Origin: Promethearchaeota archaeon
Lineage (GTDB): Archaea > Asgardarchaeota > Lokiarchaeia > Sigyniarchaeales > SOKP01
DNA length: 64,000 nucleotides
Direction of reading: 5' to 3'
Assembly: GCA_048940925.1 (NCBI GenBank)
Contig: JBHLOC010000001.1
Coordinates: 160,001-224,000 of the forward strand
Part shown: piece after piece, positions 18,317 to 28,313 of the stretch
Position numbering within the stretch: position 1 is the stretch's first letter
Layout: every line of letters begins with the position of its first letter
Program-made: the position numbers and the translations under genes
Notes under the pieces: model-generated
Databases searched by the model: none
The model's input: the letters and a program-made list of their open reading frames with translations, nothing else
Told to the model about the DNA's origin: nothing

Positions 18317-19675
18317 TTAGAGCTTATTATTTTTTAACAAATTATCAATATTATAATTGAATGCAATTGGTATTTCTCTTTCTAGAAATTCACCTGCAAT
18401 ATTTTCTAGTAAAAGAGATTTAATTTCTTCAGGATTATTTGTTTGTCCTAATACCCAACCAAGTTTGACAAGGGCTACTTCAGGCAATAAATTTTTTCCT
18501 GGAATCACGCCTAAATTTTGTAATTCTCTACCAGTTGAATATACATTCATTCCCACAAATCCATGTAATGTTTGTGTAGTCATAAGAAGAGTCATACCTT
18601 CTTGGATAGCTCTTTCAATTGGGTTATAAAGAGTGGTAGGTAAATGTCCTAATCCGGTTCCAGCAAAAACAATTCCCTTATACCCTTTATCAATATAAAA
18701 TTCAACCAATTCACTATCAATTTCAGGATATGAATAGATTAGAGCAATTTTTTTCTCAAAGCTTATCATTGCTTTAGTAACTGATTTTGATCGTTTTCTA
18801 TAATCCTGAGTAAACATTTTGATATTTCTATCTCTTACCATTCCGAGAGGAATACTATTTATAGTTCTAAAAGTATCTCTAACAGAAGAATGCATTTTTC
18901 TTACTAGAGTTCCTCGATGGATTAAACCATATTCATGAGAAGTGGATCCAAGCATTGATACAACCACTTCAGCGATATTAGAACTTGCCACGACTGCAGC
19001 ATTAATTAAATTTAAAGCAGCATCAGATGAGGGTCTATCAGAGCTTCTTTGACTTCCAACCAATACTACAGGGATACTTAGATCCCTTAACATGAAGGAT
19101 AAAGCAGCACTGGTAAAAGACATCGTATCAGTTCCATGCCCTATCATTACCCCATCAATCCCTGAGTTTGCTGCTTCTTCAATTTTCTTAGCTAACTTTT
19201 GCCAGTATTCATGCTTCATGTTTTCTGATAGTATTTCAAAAACCATTTCGCATTCAAGATTACAAATTTCTGCTAATTCGGGAACTGCGCTAAATAATTC
19301 TCCTGGAGTAAAAGAAGGTATTACTGCTCCAGTAGTATAATCTAATCTTGAAGCAACTGTTCCACCTGTACCTAATAGTATGACATTAGGAAGTTTTTTA
19401 TTTTTTGGAAATTCTTTCTCAGGAATTTTATAGGAAACTTCTCTTTTTCCAATTTTTATTATTTCTTTAATTTCAGATACTTTTATACCAATATTGTAAT
19501 TATTGCTTAACTTAAGGTTAATAAAATTAGGTGCGGAATACTCACTTCTAGGCAAAATAATTCCTTCATAATTTGTTTTTGTGGTTTTAATTTGAACTAT
19601 ATCCCAAATTTCTATATTATTCTCTTCTAGAATTTTTTTTCCTTCTAACTTATAACCCCTTAAACTTTTGGTCAA
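18317..19675 (-). CDS. gatD: Glu-tRNA(Gln) amidotransferase subunit D
   Basis: GTGGTVASRLDYTTG, HGTDTM, GSQRSSDRPSSDA. Confidence 0.96.
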   Translation of the reverse strand: MTKSLRGYKLEGKKILEENNIEIWDIVQIKTTKTNYEGIILPRSEYSAPNFINLKLSNNYNIGIKVSEIKEIIKIGKREVSYKIPEKEFPKNKKLPNVILLGTGGTVASRLDYTTGAVIPSFTPGELFSAVPELAEICNLECEMVFEILSENMKHEYWQKLAKKIEEAANSGIDGVMIGHGTDTMSFTSAALSFMLRDLSIPVVLVGSQRSSDRPSSDAALNLINAAVVASSNIAEVVVSMLGSTSHEYGLIHRGTLVRKMHSSVRDTFRTINSIPLGMVRDRNIKMFTQDYRKRSKSVTKAMISFEKKIALIYSYPEIDSELVEFYIDKGYKGIVFAGTGLGHLPTTLYNPIERAIQEGMTLLMTTQTLHGFVGMNVYSTGRELQNLGVIPGKNLLPEVALVKLGWVLGQTNNPEEIKSLLLENIAGEFLEREIPIAFNYNIDNLLKNNKL

Positions 19676-21595
19676 TTATTTCAACTCCTTTAATTTTTCT
19701 TTAATAGTGCTTTCTAGTTCTTTAGAAACAATAGCCCCATCTATTTTTCCTCTGACTTTTTTCATTACTTCTCCCATTAAGGGTCCTTTCGCTCTCATTT
19801 CTTTTTCTTTTATCATTTTAGTGTTTTTATCTACAATCTCAACTATTATATTTTTTAAATTTTCTAAAGAAATAGTCTCAATTTTTAATTTTTTCCTGAT
19901 CTGATTAATTGAGAGTTCTGGAAATTCTGCTTTAAGGCTCATGACTTGCTCAATTGCTTCTTTACTAATTTGCTTTTTTTTTAGTAGAGCAAAAATTTCA
20001 AGAAAATCATTGTCAGTTATGTTTTCTATAACTTTCCCTTCCCTTCTAAGGGCAGTTGTGGTTTCTAATAAAGTTGTAAAAACTAAAGAGGGATTATCAG
20101 GATAAATTTCAATTAAATCATCGAATAACTGGAGTTTTCCTGTAAAAATAAGATCTTTTATCAATCTATCTTCTGTTTTGTATTTTTTAGAATATTGTTT
20201 TATAGTTACCCAAGGATATTCTGGTAAATCTTTCCTTATTTCGTTAATTTCTTCTTCTGAATTAAATATAGCTTCTGTATCCGTATCAGGATATAATCTT
20301 GCACCCCCGTGAAGTTCTCTTAAGAATTCTGTATTTCCAGATTCAAGGGCCCTTCTTGTTTCAGGAGGAACTCCTTTAAATGTAAACTTCACACGATTAA
20401 TAATAACATTCATCACTTTATCCACTTCTTTCTTAGAACCTAAAACTAAAACAAAACAATCGTCTTCTTTAGATTCAAGTTTTTCTCTGATTTTCTTGAT
20501 ATCTTCATTTGAAAGATCGTAATTATTTAAGTTTTCATCAGAGTGAATTATTCCTTTTAATCCAGATAGAACTTTTACTTTACTACTAACTTCCGTTCCA
20601 AATCTATAATCTTTCATTAATTCTTTTCCAAAAATACCCTTAAATCCACTAAAATTAATTCCAAATAATTTCTTTCCAGATTTAATACCCTTAGATATAA
20701 ATTTAGAATTAGTTTTTGCTAAAACTCCAGATAAGTCTATAAAGTTCTCTTGAACATTATTTTCGTTCAATTTCTTGTTCTCAAGTTCTTCTTTTATTTC
20801 AATGAGTTTTATTTGTCGTGAAATTTCATGATTGATTAAAACGGGAATCCAGCTTAATTTTTGCACACCCTTTATCTCGATTCGCGTTCCTGCTTCAATG
20901 CTTACATTGATATCTTGTCTAATTGACCCAATAACTTTTTTTACTTTTGTTGACCATAATAATAATCCAATTCTTTCTGCGCATTCACGACATTCATAAG
21001 GATCGGTAATATCAGGTTTAGTTGTAACTTCCACTAATGGAATTCCTAAGCGATCTAATCGAAAATAATTTATTTTGTTTTCGGTTTTAATTTTTCGTGC
21101 AGCTTCTTCCTCTAAACTCAATATATCTATTCGGATTTTTTTATCATTTTCTAATATAATGAAACCATCTGTCCCAAGTATCATCGTGCGTTGGAAGCCA
21201 CATGGAACGCTTCCATCTAAGTAATTTTTTCTACAGACATGCATTTCTTCGATAATATTAGCATTAAGGAGCATCGCAATTTGTAGGGCTATTTGTTTGG
21301 CTTCATTACTACAGGAAAAAGGTGGTGTATCATCCAATTCATAAGTACAAACTACATCATTATAGCCTTCATAGGTAATTGCCATTCCTTTCTTGTATTC
21401 AGTAAGCATCGCCTTATCATAAACACCCAGCTCCCCCAAAACAGGACGCATTCTTCGATATATTGTAAAATCTGGAATTCGAGTCCCTTGAAGTTTAGCA
21501 GGACATCTACAGAATAATTTTTTCTCAGTGTCAAACTGTTGGTGAATCTCTAAGCCGCATTTAAGACCCAATTTTTCATAATTAAATTCTTCCAT
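19676..21595 (-). CDS. gatE: Glu-tRNA(Gln) amidotransferase subunit E
   Basis: GLKCGLEIHQQ, GFQRT, DRLGIPLVE, RQDINVSI; ATG at 21595 preferred. Confidence 0.96.
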   Translation of the reverse strand: MEEFNYEKLGLKCGLEIHQQFDTEKKLFCRCPAKLQGTRIPDFTIYRRMRPVLGELGVYDKAMLTEYKKGMAITYEGYNDVVCTYELDDTPPFSCSNEAKQIALQIAMLLNANIIEEMHVCRKNYLDGSVPCGFQRTMILGTDGFIILENDKKIRIDILSLEEEAARKIKTENKINYFRLDRLGIPLVEVTTKPDITDPYECRECAERIGLLLWSTKVKKVIGSIRQDINVSIEAGTRIEIKGVQKLSWIPVLINHEISRQIKLIEIKEELENKKLNENNVQENFIDLSGVLAKTNSKFISKGIKSGKKLFGINFSGFKGIFGKELMKDYRFGTEVSSKVKVLSGLKGIIHSDENLNNYDLSNEDIKKIREKLESKEDDCFVLVLGSKKEVDKVMNVIINRVKFTFKGVPPETRRALESGNTEFLRELHGGARLYPDTDTEAIFNSEEEINEIRKDLPEYPWVTIKQYSKKYKTEDRLIKDLIFTGKLQLFDDLIEIYPDNPSLVFTTLLETTTALRREGKVIENITDNDFLEIFALLKKKQISKEAIEQVMSLKAEFPELSINQIRKKLKIETISLENLKNIIVEIVDKNTKMIKEKEMRAKGPLMGEVMKKVRGKIDGAIVSKELESTIKEKLKELK

Positions 21596-21947
21596 TTTTA
21601 ATCGAAAATTACTTTTTAACTGATAATCAAATACAATCACTAGTCAAGTAATAAATCTTATAATTATTTTCAAAAAAGTTTTAGGATATGATAAAAAGGT
21701 TATTCTAAAAAGTAATTTCTGTGTTTAGTTTAGTTTACCAATATTTAATTTAATTATTTTAAACAATTTCAGAATTGTTCCTTCAAAGCAGAGGAGATAG
21801 TTATTGTCTGTTGGGTTATTTTCCTTTTTGATTAAGGTCTATTTGATAATATTTTAAATCATTATTTAAAATATTTGTCAAAAATATACATAATATGCTA
21901 TATAAAAAGCTATAATTAAGATTAATTCTTTTAAATATGAGTAAATC

Positions 21948-23613
21948 TCAATGATTTAGAGTTTTAGAGACATATACACCATCTATTTTATATCCCATTT
22001 CATAGAACCAATCTCTTGCTCCAATACCACTTATTACTACTAGTTTTTTTGCTCCAAATTCTTCAAATGAGGTTTTTTCAGCATTTTCCATTAATAATTT
22101 TCCATATCCTCTATGTTGTATTTGAATAAGTCGCTTGGGTTTCAAGTCTTTTGGAACCATTTCTCCAACTACCTTGATTTCCCTTACGATTAATGTTTTT
22201 CCATCATTTATTTCAGGTCTGTGGGCAAATTCAGAAGGCTTTCTTAAGCGTAAATATCCAATTAAATAATTTTCGATTTTATTCTCATAGGATAAGAATA
22301 TTTCTTTTCCCTGAGAAGCATCATAATCAAAACGATATAGTTTTATTTTATCAAAGGATTTCTCATCAATAAGTTCCTCTTTCTTACTAATCCCATATTC
22401 TCTACATCTAATACATTTGCAAGTTTCATCCCAACTTTTTAGTCTCTCTTGGACTAACTGTCTTAAATTGCTATTTTTACAACCTGCTTTGATTAATGTC
22501 GCAGGTATATCTCTCATTATTCTTTGAATTCTCACATAGGATGGAAGGTTTTTTTTAGCCATTGCAATTAATTCAATTAAGTCTTCATCCGAGTATGGTA
22601 AGTAATTTCCATTTTTCCACCAATTATGCAATTCAGTACCATCTATCACGAGAGTAGGATAAATTTTTAACATATCAGGTCGATAATCTGGATTAGAAAA
22701 TAAGCTATCAAATAATTTTAAATCTTTTTGAATAGTTGAACCGGGTAAATTTGGCATTACATGTGCATTGATTTTTAATCCTGCATCTTTAGCAATCCTT
22801 ATCGATTCAATGCTATCAGCAGTTGTATGCCCTCTTTTCACTAGATCATAGATTTCATTATAGACTGTTTGAATACCAATTTCGACTCGCGTTGTTCCAA
22901 AATTTAACATATTATCTACATGTGTCTCTTTACAATAATCTGGTCTTGTCTCAACGGTAATACCTATAACCCTTCTTTTAGATTTTTCTGCTAATAGCTT
23001 AGCTTCTTCCAAACTGCCTGTTTTTTGTTTTATTATTCCCTCTAATGCCCCTTTAACGAAATGTGTTTGATAATCTGGATCAGTTGATAAGAAAGTCCCA
23101 CCCATTATAATAAGTTCAATCTTTTATGGTGGCAAACAATTAAGCGTATACCATGTCCACTTTATGCCCAATGGCTTCTAAATCTTTTATTCGAGATTGA
23201 ACTTGCTTATAAGGATCATAATTGTTATGGATTGATCTCATCGCCGCTGGTTCTCTTCCTGTATATGATTGGGCAACTTTTTCCCCTGGTTGGGAGTTTA
23301 CTCCAGGACAGTATATACATGTTCCGGGACAAGGAAGAGGTTTAGTCATAATTGCTATTACTGAAACTCCTGAAATTGTTCTTGTTGTTCTTCTCTTCAA
23401 AAATTTATTGATAATCTCTTTTTCTTCATTTGTTGCATGGTGTATAATACTGGCATTTTTTATAACTCGATTATAATTATACTTTTTTCCAATTTGTCCT
23501 TTAAGGTTTGTTATTTTTCTGCGAGAAGTTTTAGGATTTTCTAAAAGATACTCAATTATTTCTCTTGCTATTTTCTTTACTATACTTGAGTTTATATTAT
23601 CTGATTGTTCCAT
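21948..23613 (-). CDS. elp3: tRNA uridine(34) acetyltransferase Elp3, split by a 31-nt intron; join(23155-23613, 21948-23123), 544 aa
   Basis: Exon 1 carries CPGTCIYCPG and SYTGREPA; exon 2 carries MGGTF, ETRPD, KIYPTLV and QHRGYG; removing 23124-23154 restores IGHKVD-KIELIIMGGTF. Confidence 0.9.
23124..23154 (-). other. BHB-type (tRNA-endonuclease) intron in elp3
   Basis: Central helix GUGG/CCAU, bulges ACA and AAA, intron stem UGGUA/UGCCA; outer exon helix weak. Confidence 0.82.
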
Positions 23614-23699
23614 TCTTAAATTAATTAATTTGATAGAAAGATTTAAATCTTCATGAAAATTATACTTTTCGATTTATCTTTTAATACAAATCTCAAGCA

Positions 23700-24173
23700 A
23701 TATGATTTCTATTTCAAAATAAAGGAAGAAAAAATAAGATACACTAAAAGATGGTTTCTATATCAGAAAAAGTACAAGTCAAAAAATTTATCTCCTTAAC
23801 ATCTATTATCAAATTTATCAAGCTTTTCAAAATATTCTAAACTCTAATCTAAACCTTTCATTTGCAATAAATTCTTTAAAGATGTATAATTGTTAATCCC
23901 AAATTTTCCTACAATTCTTTTTATTTTTATAATTAAACCTTGTTTATGCCATACTTGATATTTTTGATGCAAATCTGACCCAAATTCTGAATTAAGGATA
24001 TCAATAAAAAACTCCCGAATAGAAGGATCTCTAAATGTGCTTTATCCCTCAGGTTTATCTAAATATTTGAAGATTTCGTTAACATCTCTATCTATAAGAA
24101 AATATTATGCTAACTTGTAGGTAGTTATCTCAAAATATCCTAAAGTTTCTGAAATTAGTCTATTAAGTGTCAT
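23700..24173 (-). pseudogene. Possible degraded ORF of unknown function
   Basis: Frame from ATG 24173 reads protein-like (MTLNRLISETLGYFE...FRDPSIREFFIDILNSEFGSDLHQKYQVWH) but has several stops; 3' boundary approximate. Confidence 0.3.
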
Positions 24174-24395
24174 ATGAGTTTTGATATCATACTTTTTAAA
24201 AAATTTTTGTAAGAAATTTTTTTGTTCTCTTGTATTTTGTTCAAATCATTAAGAATTGTAGATTCTAAATATTAGATTTAAATTTAAAGTTTCGAAAAAA
24301 TATTTTTTTGAAATTGTTTCATAAATATTTAAATATGGAATGTTACATATAGATTATAGTATGAAAAAATTTAACTTTAAGGTGATATATACAAA

Positions 24396-25922
24396 TTGTC
24401 GGGAGGTTTGAAAAACATTATCGCTACAGTTACAACTACAATTGAAGAAAAAGTTAATTTCAGTCAATTGGCAAGTAAATATTCCGAACTATTATATAAT
24501 CCCGAGAAGTTTCCTGGATTGATCATGCAGATAGAAAAACCGAAAGCAACGGTTGTGTTATTTTCCACTGGAAAAATGGTTATAACAGGACTTCAGCAAA
24601 CCTCAGATGTTGAAAAAGTAATGGAAAAAGTAATTGAGTTTTTTAGAGCTGAGGGAATAGAATTAAAAAATCTGGAAATTTCAATGGAAAGAGTAAAGCC
24701 AAAAAGAATAAAAATATGCCTATTAGGGGAAAAAGGTGTTGGAAAATCTACTTTAATGGACACAGTATTAAAATCTTCAGAGAAAGTTACAACTAAAAAA
24801 CAAAAAGATATTATCGGAGTAGATTTTTTTAATGTAAAAGTTAGAGATATTGATGGTAAGGACGTTATTCTACAATTATGGAATATAATTGACGAAGAAC
24901 GTTTTAAACAAATTCAGCAAAATTATTATGTGGGCGCTGATGGAGGGATTATATTCTATGATATCACAAATAAATCCAGTTTTGAAAATCTTGATAATTA
25001 TGTTTCAGCATTTAGAAAATCAAAAAGAAATCGAAACATCCCTATTATTTTGGTTGGAAATAAATTCGATCTTCGAGAAAATAGAGAAGTCTCGCAAACT
25101 GAAGCTTCCAAGGTAGTGGTTACTCGTAAAATGGTAGGTTATCTTGAATTTTCTGCGCTAGATAGTCAAAATGTAATTAAATTATTTGAATCAATTTGCC
25201 GAATTATAATACGGAAAAAAAACTTAATCTCTATTTCTGAAGCTTTGGAAAATGATCTTAATTTAAGAATTTTGATGAATTTACAAATATTTAAAGAATT
25301 AAGTTTGGTAGAGATCTCGAAAAGAGTTGTTAAAAGTAAAGCCACTATTTCTCGTCATACTCGAAATTTAATTAAGCTAGGTCTAATTGAATCTCATGTT
25401 AAAGAGATAGAACCGCAAACAGGTACGATTAAGCGAAAATATTATACATTAAGTAAAGATTTGAGCTATCATATAGAAAAAAGAGATTTTAATTTTTCTC
25501 AATTGAAATCAAGAATAAAATGGAAGATATTTTCAGAGTTTTATCTAAAAAAACTATATAATTTCAAAACAGTTAATCTCTTATCAAAAAGATTAAATAA
25601 TATGCTAGAAGATTTTAATAATCATATTTTTGGTGGTTTTCCGGCACTCATAAAGCAATATGGAAAATATATTGAAAATTTACCTATAAATTTTCAATTT
25701 TTAAATGAAAAGCAAAATCAAAAAGTTCAGTCTCTATTACTAAAATTTGATTCAAAATTAAGAGATATATTAGCAGATGATGATGGTTCAGAGAAGTCTT
25801 ATTTATTTTTGAATATGACGCTTCCAACAGTGGATTTAATAAATCTCTTTGAAAAACCTGAACTGTTTAACCATATAATTCTAAATCGAGAGATTAAAAA
25901 AGAGAAAAAAGGTTTTGAATAA
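24396..25922 (+). CDS. Fusion: TBP-like repeat + Rab/Ras-like small GTPase + winged-helix regulator
   Basis: YNPEKFPGLI...LFSTGKMVITG (TBP); GEKGVGKS, LVGNKFD, EFSA (GTPase); LVEISKRVVKSKATISRHTRNLIKLGLI (wHTH). Confidence 0.85.
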   Translation: MSGGLKNIIATVTTTIEEKVNFSQLASKYSELLYNPEKFPGLIMQIEKPKATVVLFSTGKMVITGLQQTSDVEKVMEKVIEFFRAEGIELKNLEISMERVKPKRIKICLLGEKGVGKSTLMDTVLKSSEKVTTKKQKDIIGVDFFNVKVRDIDGKDVILQLWNIIDEERFKQIQQNYYVGADGGIIFYDITNKSSFENLDNYVSAFRKSKRNRNIPIILVGNKFDLRENREVSQTEASKVVVTRKMVGYLEFSALDSQNVIKLFESICRIIIRKKNLISISEALENDLNLRILMNLQIFKELSLVEISKRVVKSKATISRHTRNLIKLGLIESHVKEIEPQTGTIKRKYYTLSKDLSYHIEKRDFNFSQLKSRIKWKIFSEFYLKKLYNFKTVNLLSKRLNNMLEDFNNHIFGGFPALIKQYGKYIENLPINFQFLNEKQNQKVQSLLLKFDSKLRDILADDDGSEKSYLFLNMTLPTVDLINLFEKPELFNHIILNREIKKEKKGFE

Positions 25923-26122
25923 TAATTATAAAGTAATTTTCTTTCTTGCAAAATCTCTTTTATATTTGCCAAATTTCTCTTTACTCAATTATAACTATTT
26001 TACCCCGAAAAGGTTCTTTAAAAATTACCAAAATTTTGAATTTTTTTGTGAAATTTTAAAAGTGCATTTAATAATGAGTTGGGGTGATCTCCAGTGTTGC
26101 ATAATATTATAAAAAACTCAAG

Positions 26123-26467
26123 ATGATTTCAGACTATATAAATAATTATTTAGAAGCGACAGAGAGTCATCTCTTGACATCTGTAGCTATGGGAGAAATA
26201 CCAATGATAGAGATAATTAATGTACTTATGGAAGCACTCGAGAAGAACTTGATACACTATCAGTTTATATCTGAGGACCAATACAAGAAGGTTAAGGCAT
26301 TAAGCCTTGAGTCTCATTCTAAATTAGCTGAGATTCTAAAAAAGGATGAAAATCCTGTGAAGCCTTATTTATTCTTTGATATCTTGCTTAAAATGCTAGG
26401 TGTTGTTAAGATTGGTAATAAAACAAGCGAAGCTATATTAGGGCTTCGACAGACAATAAAGACTTAA
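26123..26467 (+). CDS. Fragment paralogous to the C-terminal domain of the upstream fusion protein
   Basis: IHYQFISEDQYKKV...KLAEILKKD...KPYLF aligns with INFQFLNEKQNQKV...KLRDILADD...KSYLF. Confidence 0.55.
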   Translation: MISDYINNYLEATESHLLTSVAMGEIPMIEIINVLMEALEKNLIHYQFISEDQYKKVKALSLESHSKLAEILKKDENPVKPYLFFDILLKMLGVVKIGNKTSEAILGLRQTIKT

Positions 26468-26470
26468 AAA

Positions 26471-27316
26471 TTACTCTAATAATATCTTCTTACCAGTAAA
26501 ATCTCTTTTATACTTCCCAAAATCTTGAATTTTTTTGAGAGTTTCCGAATTAAAAATTGGTCCATCTTTACAAACCAGTAAACCTAATGGATCTAGAACG
26601 CATAATCCGCATAATCCGCACCCACACCTCATTATCCTTTCTAGACTTGCATAGAACTCAAGGTGATATTCTTGACATAACTGAAATAATTCAAACAACA
26701 TAATTTCTGGACCACAAGAATAGACAATACTATTAGACTGGTCTTTTTTATTAAATTTTCCAATTATCTCTTTAAAGACATCAGGAATTAATCCCTCTGT
26801 TCCATAACTTCCGTTGTCAGTACAATAATATACTTCAGTTTTAATTTTTTTAAAATAGTCAATATAAATTAATTCATTATCTATCTTAGCACCTTCAATT
26901 ACATAGTGTTTTATTTTATTTTCTGAAAGTTCTTTTGATAAGAATTTTAGAGGAGCCATACCTATCCCTCCACCAACTAAGAAAATATTTTTAGAACTAT
27001 CCGTTGGAATTTTAAAATGATTACCTACAGGCCCCCTTACTCCAATAAAATCTCCAATCTTTAAGTTATACATAGCATTTGTACATTCTCCAACGTTTTT
27101 TATTGTAATTGACCAATTTCCATCATTATCGCATCCAGAGAGGGACATTGGAACTTCATCTATGCCGGGTACCCATACCAAAACAAATTGGCCTGGTTTA
27201 GGAATAATGGAATTTTTATTTTTACTTGATTTCATGTTAAAAACAAGCGTTTTAATATCTTTACATTCATCAATAATATTCTTTATTTTCACTGTTTTAA
27301 TTGTATTTTCAGTCAA
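26471..27316 (-). CDS. pyrK: Dihydroorotate dehydrogenase electron transfer subunit
   Basis: PGQF, GGGIGMAP, CGPE, MRCGCGLCGLC..CKDGP. Confidence 0.94.
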   Translation of the reverse strand: MTENTIKTVKIKNIIDECKDIKTLVFNMKSSKNKNSIIPKPGQFVLVWVPGIDEVPMSLSGCDNDGNWSITIKNVGECTNAMYNLKIGDFIGVRGPVGNHFKIPTDSSKNIFLVGGGIGMAPLKFLSKELSENKIKHYVIEGAKIDNELIYIDYFKKIKTEVYYCTDNGSYGTEGLIPDVFKEIIGKFNKKDQSNSIVYSCGPEIMLFELFQLCQEYHLEFYASLERIMRCGCGLCGLCVLDPLGLLVCKDGPIFNSETLKKIQDFGKYKRDFTGKKILLE

Positions 27317-28235
27317 AATCGGGTACCTCCTGAGTTGTAAACTGATGAGAAAATCCTTTTAATTCATTAATAGATTTAAATTTATTTTCTTTTAGATATT
27401 GAGTTATTCCATGATTTATTTCAGTTATAATTTCGGTTGTTTTATATAATGCTGTACCGATTTGCACTGCTGAAGCCCCAGCTAAAAAGAATTCTATTAC
27501 GTCTTGCCATGAATCTATTCCTCCACATCCTATAATTGGGATTTTTAAAACTTTATATAGATCATATACTTTCTTTATAGCTATAGGATGAATAGCTTTT
27601 CCAGAAAGCCCACCACTTCCATGAGATAAAATGGGTCTTTTAGTATTTACATCTATTATCATTGCTGATAAAGTATTTATAGCAACCAGTCCATCAGCGC
27701 CACCTTTCTCAGCTGCTAAGGCGATTTCTACTATATTTGTTACATTGGGATTCAATTTTACAAAAAGTGGGATTAATAATTTTTTTTTTAGAAATTTAAT
27801 GATTTCATAAGTTAATTCTTTATCAATGCCTATAGAAGATACTTCGGCATGTGGACATGAGATATTTATTTCAATTGCATCAGCACCGGCTTTTTCAGCT
27901 TTAATTGCCACATCAAGATATGTCTCATTTGTATCTCCAAAAACACTTACGATTAGAGGAATGTTATTTTTTTTCACTTCTTTTATTTCTGGTATAAAAT
28001 TATCAATACCAGGATTGCCTAGACCTACTGCGTTCAAGAAAGAGCCAGAATAAATTTCAATTATTGATGGATTTTTGTATCCTTTTCGTGGTTTTGGTCC
28101 AATAGATTTTGTAGTTACAGCACCGGCTCCAGCATCGATAACCCTTTTCATCGAAGAGTAAGAAACTCCTAAGATACCAGATGCTAATATAATTGGGGAT
28201 TTTAATTTTAACCCTGAAAGATTAATTTCTAGCAT
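27309..28235 (-). CDS. pyrD: Dihydroorotate dehydrogenase B catalytic subunit
   Basis: NAVGLGNPG, EINISCPH, GGLSG, GASAVQIGTA. Confidence 0.95.
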   Translation of the reverse strand: MLEINLSGLKLKSPIILASGILGVSYSSMKRVIDAGAGAVTTKSIGPKPRKGYKNPSIIEIYSGSFLNAVGLGNPGIDNFIPEIKEVKKNNIPLIVSVFGDTNETYLDVAIKAEKAGADAIEINISCPHAEVSSIGIDKELTYEIIKFLKKKLLIPLFVKLNPNVTNIVEIALAAEKGGADGLVAINTLSAMIIDVNTKRPILSHGSGGLSGKAIHPIAIKKVYDLYKVLKIPIIGCGGIDSWQDVIEFFLAGASAVQIGTALYKTTEIITEINHGITQYLKENKFKSINELKGFSHQFTTQEVPDFD

Positions 28236-28313
28236 TTTTTAAAAGAAAATAATGATTATGATCTTATAAATCATTTTTAATAGAGTTATAATAATTTAGA
28301 ACAGTTCAAAAAA

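Noticed and set aside
23100-23160. elp3 split explained as a sequencing frameshift or programmed frameshift
   Set aside because: A 1-nt indel would leave about 10 extra codons in a conserved motif; only removal of 31 nt restores it, and the ends match BHB geometry
25915-26112. 65-aa ORF after the TBP-GTPase fusion
   Set aside because: F/N/L-rich composition typical of non-coding or antisense AT-rich DNA
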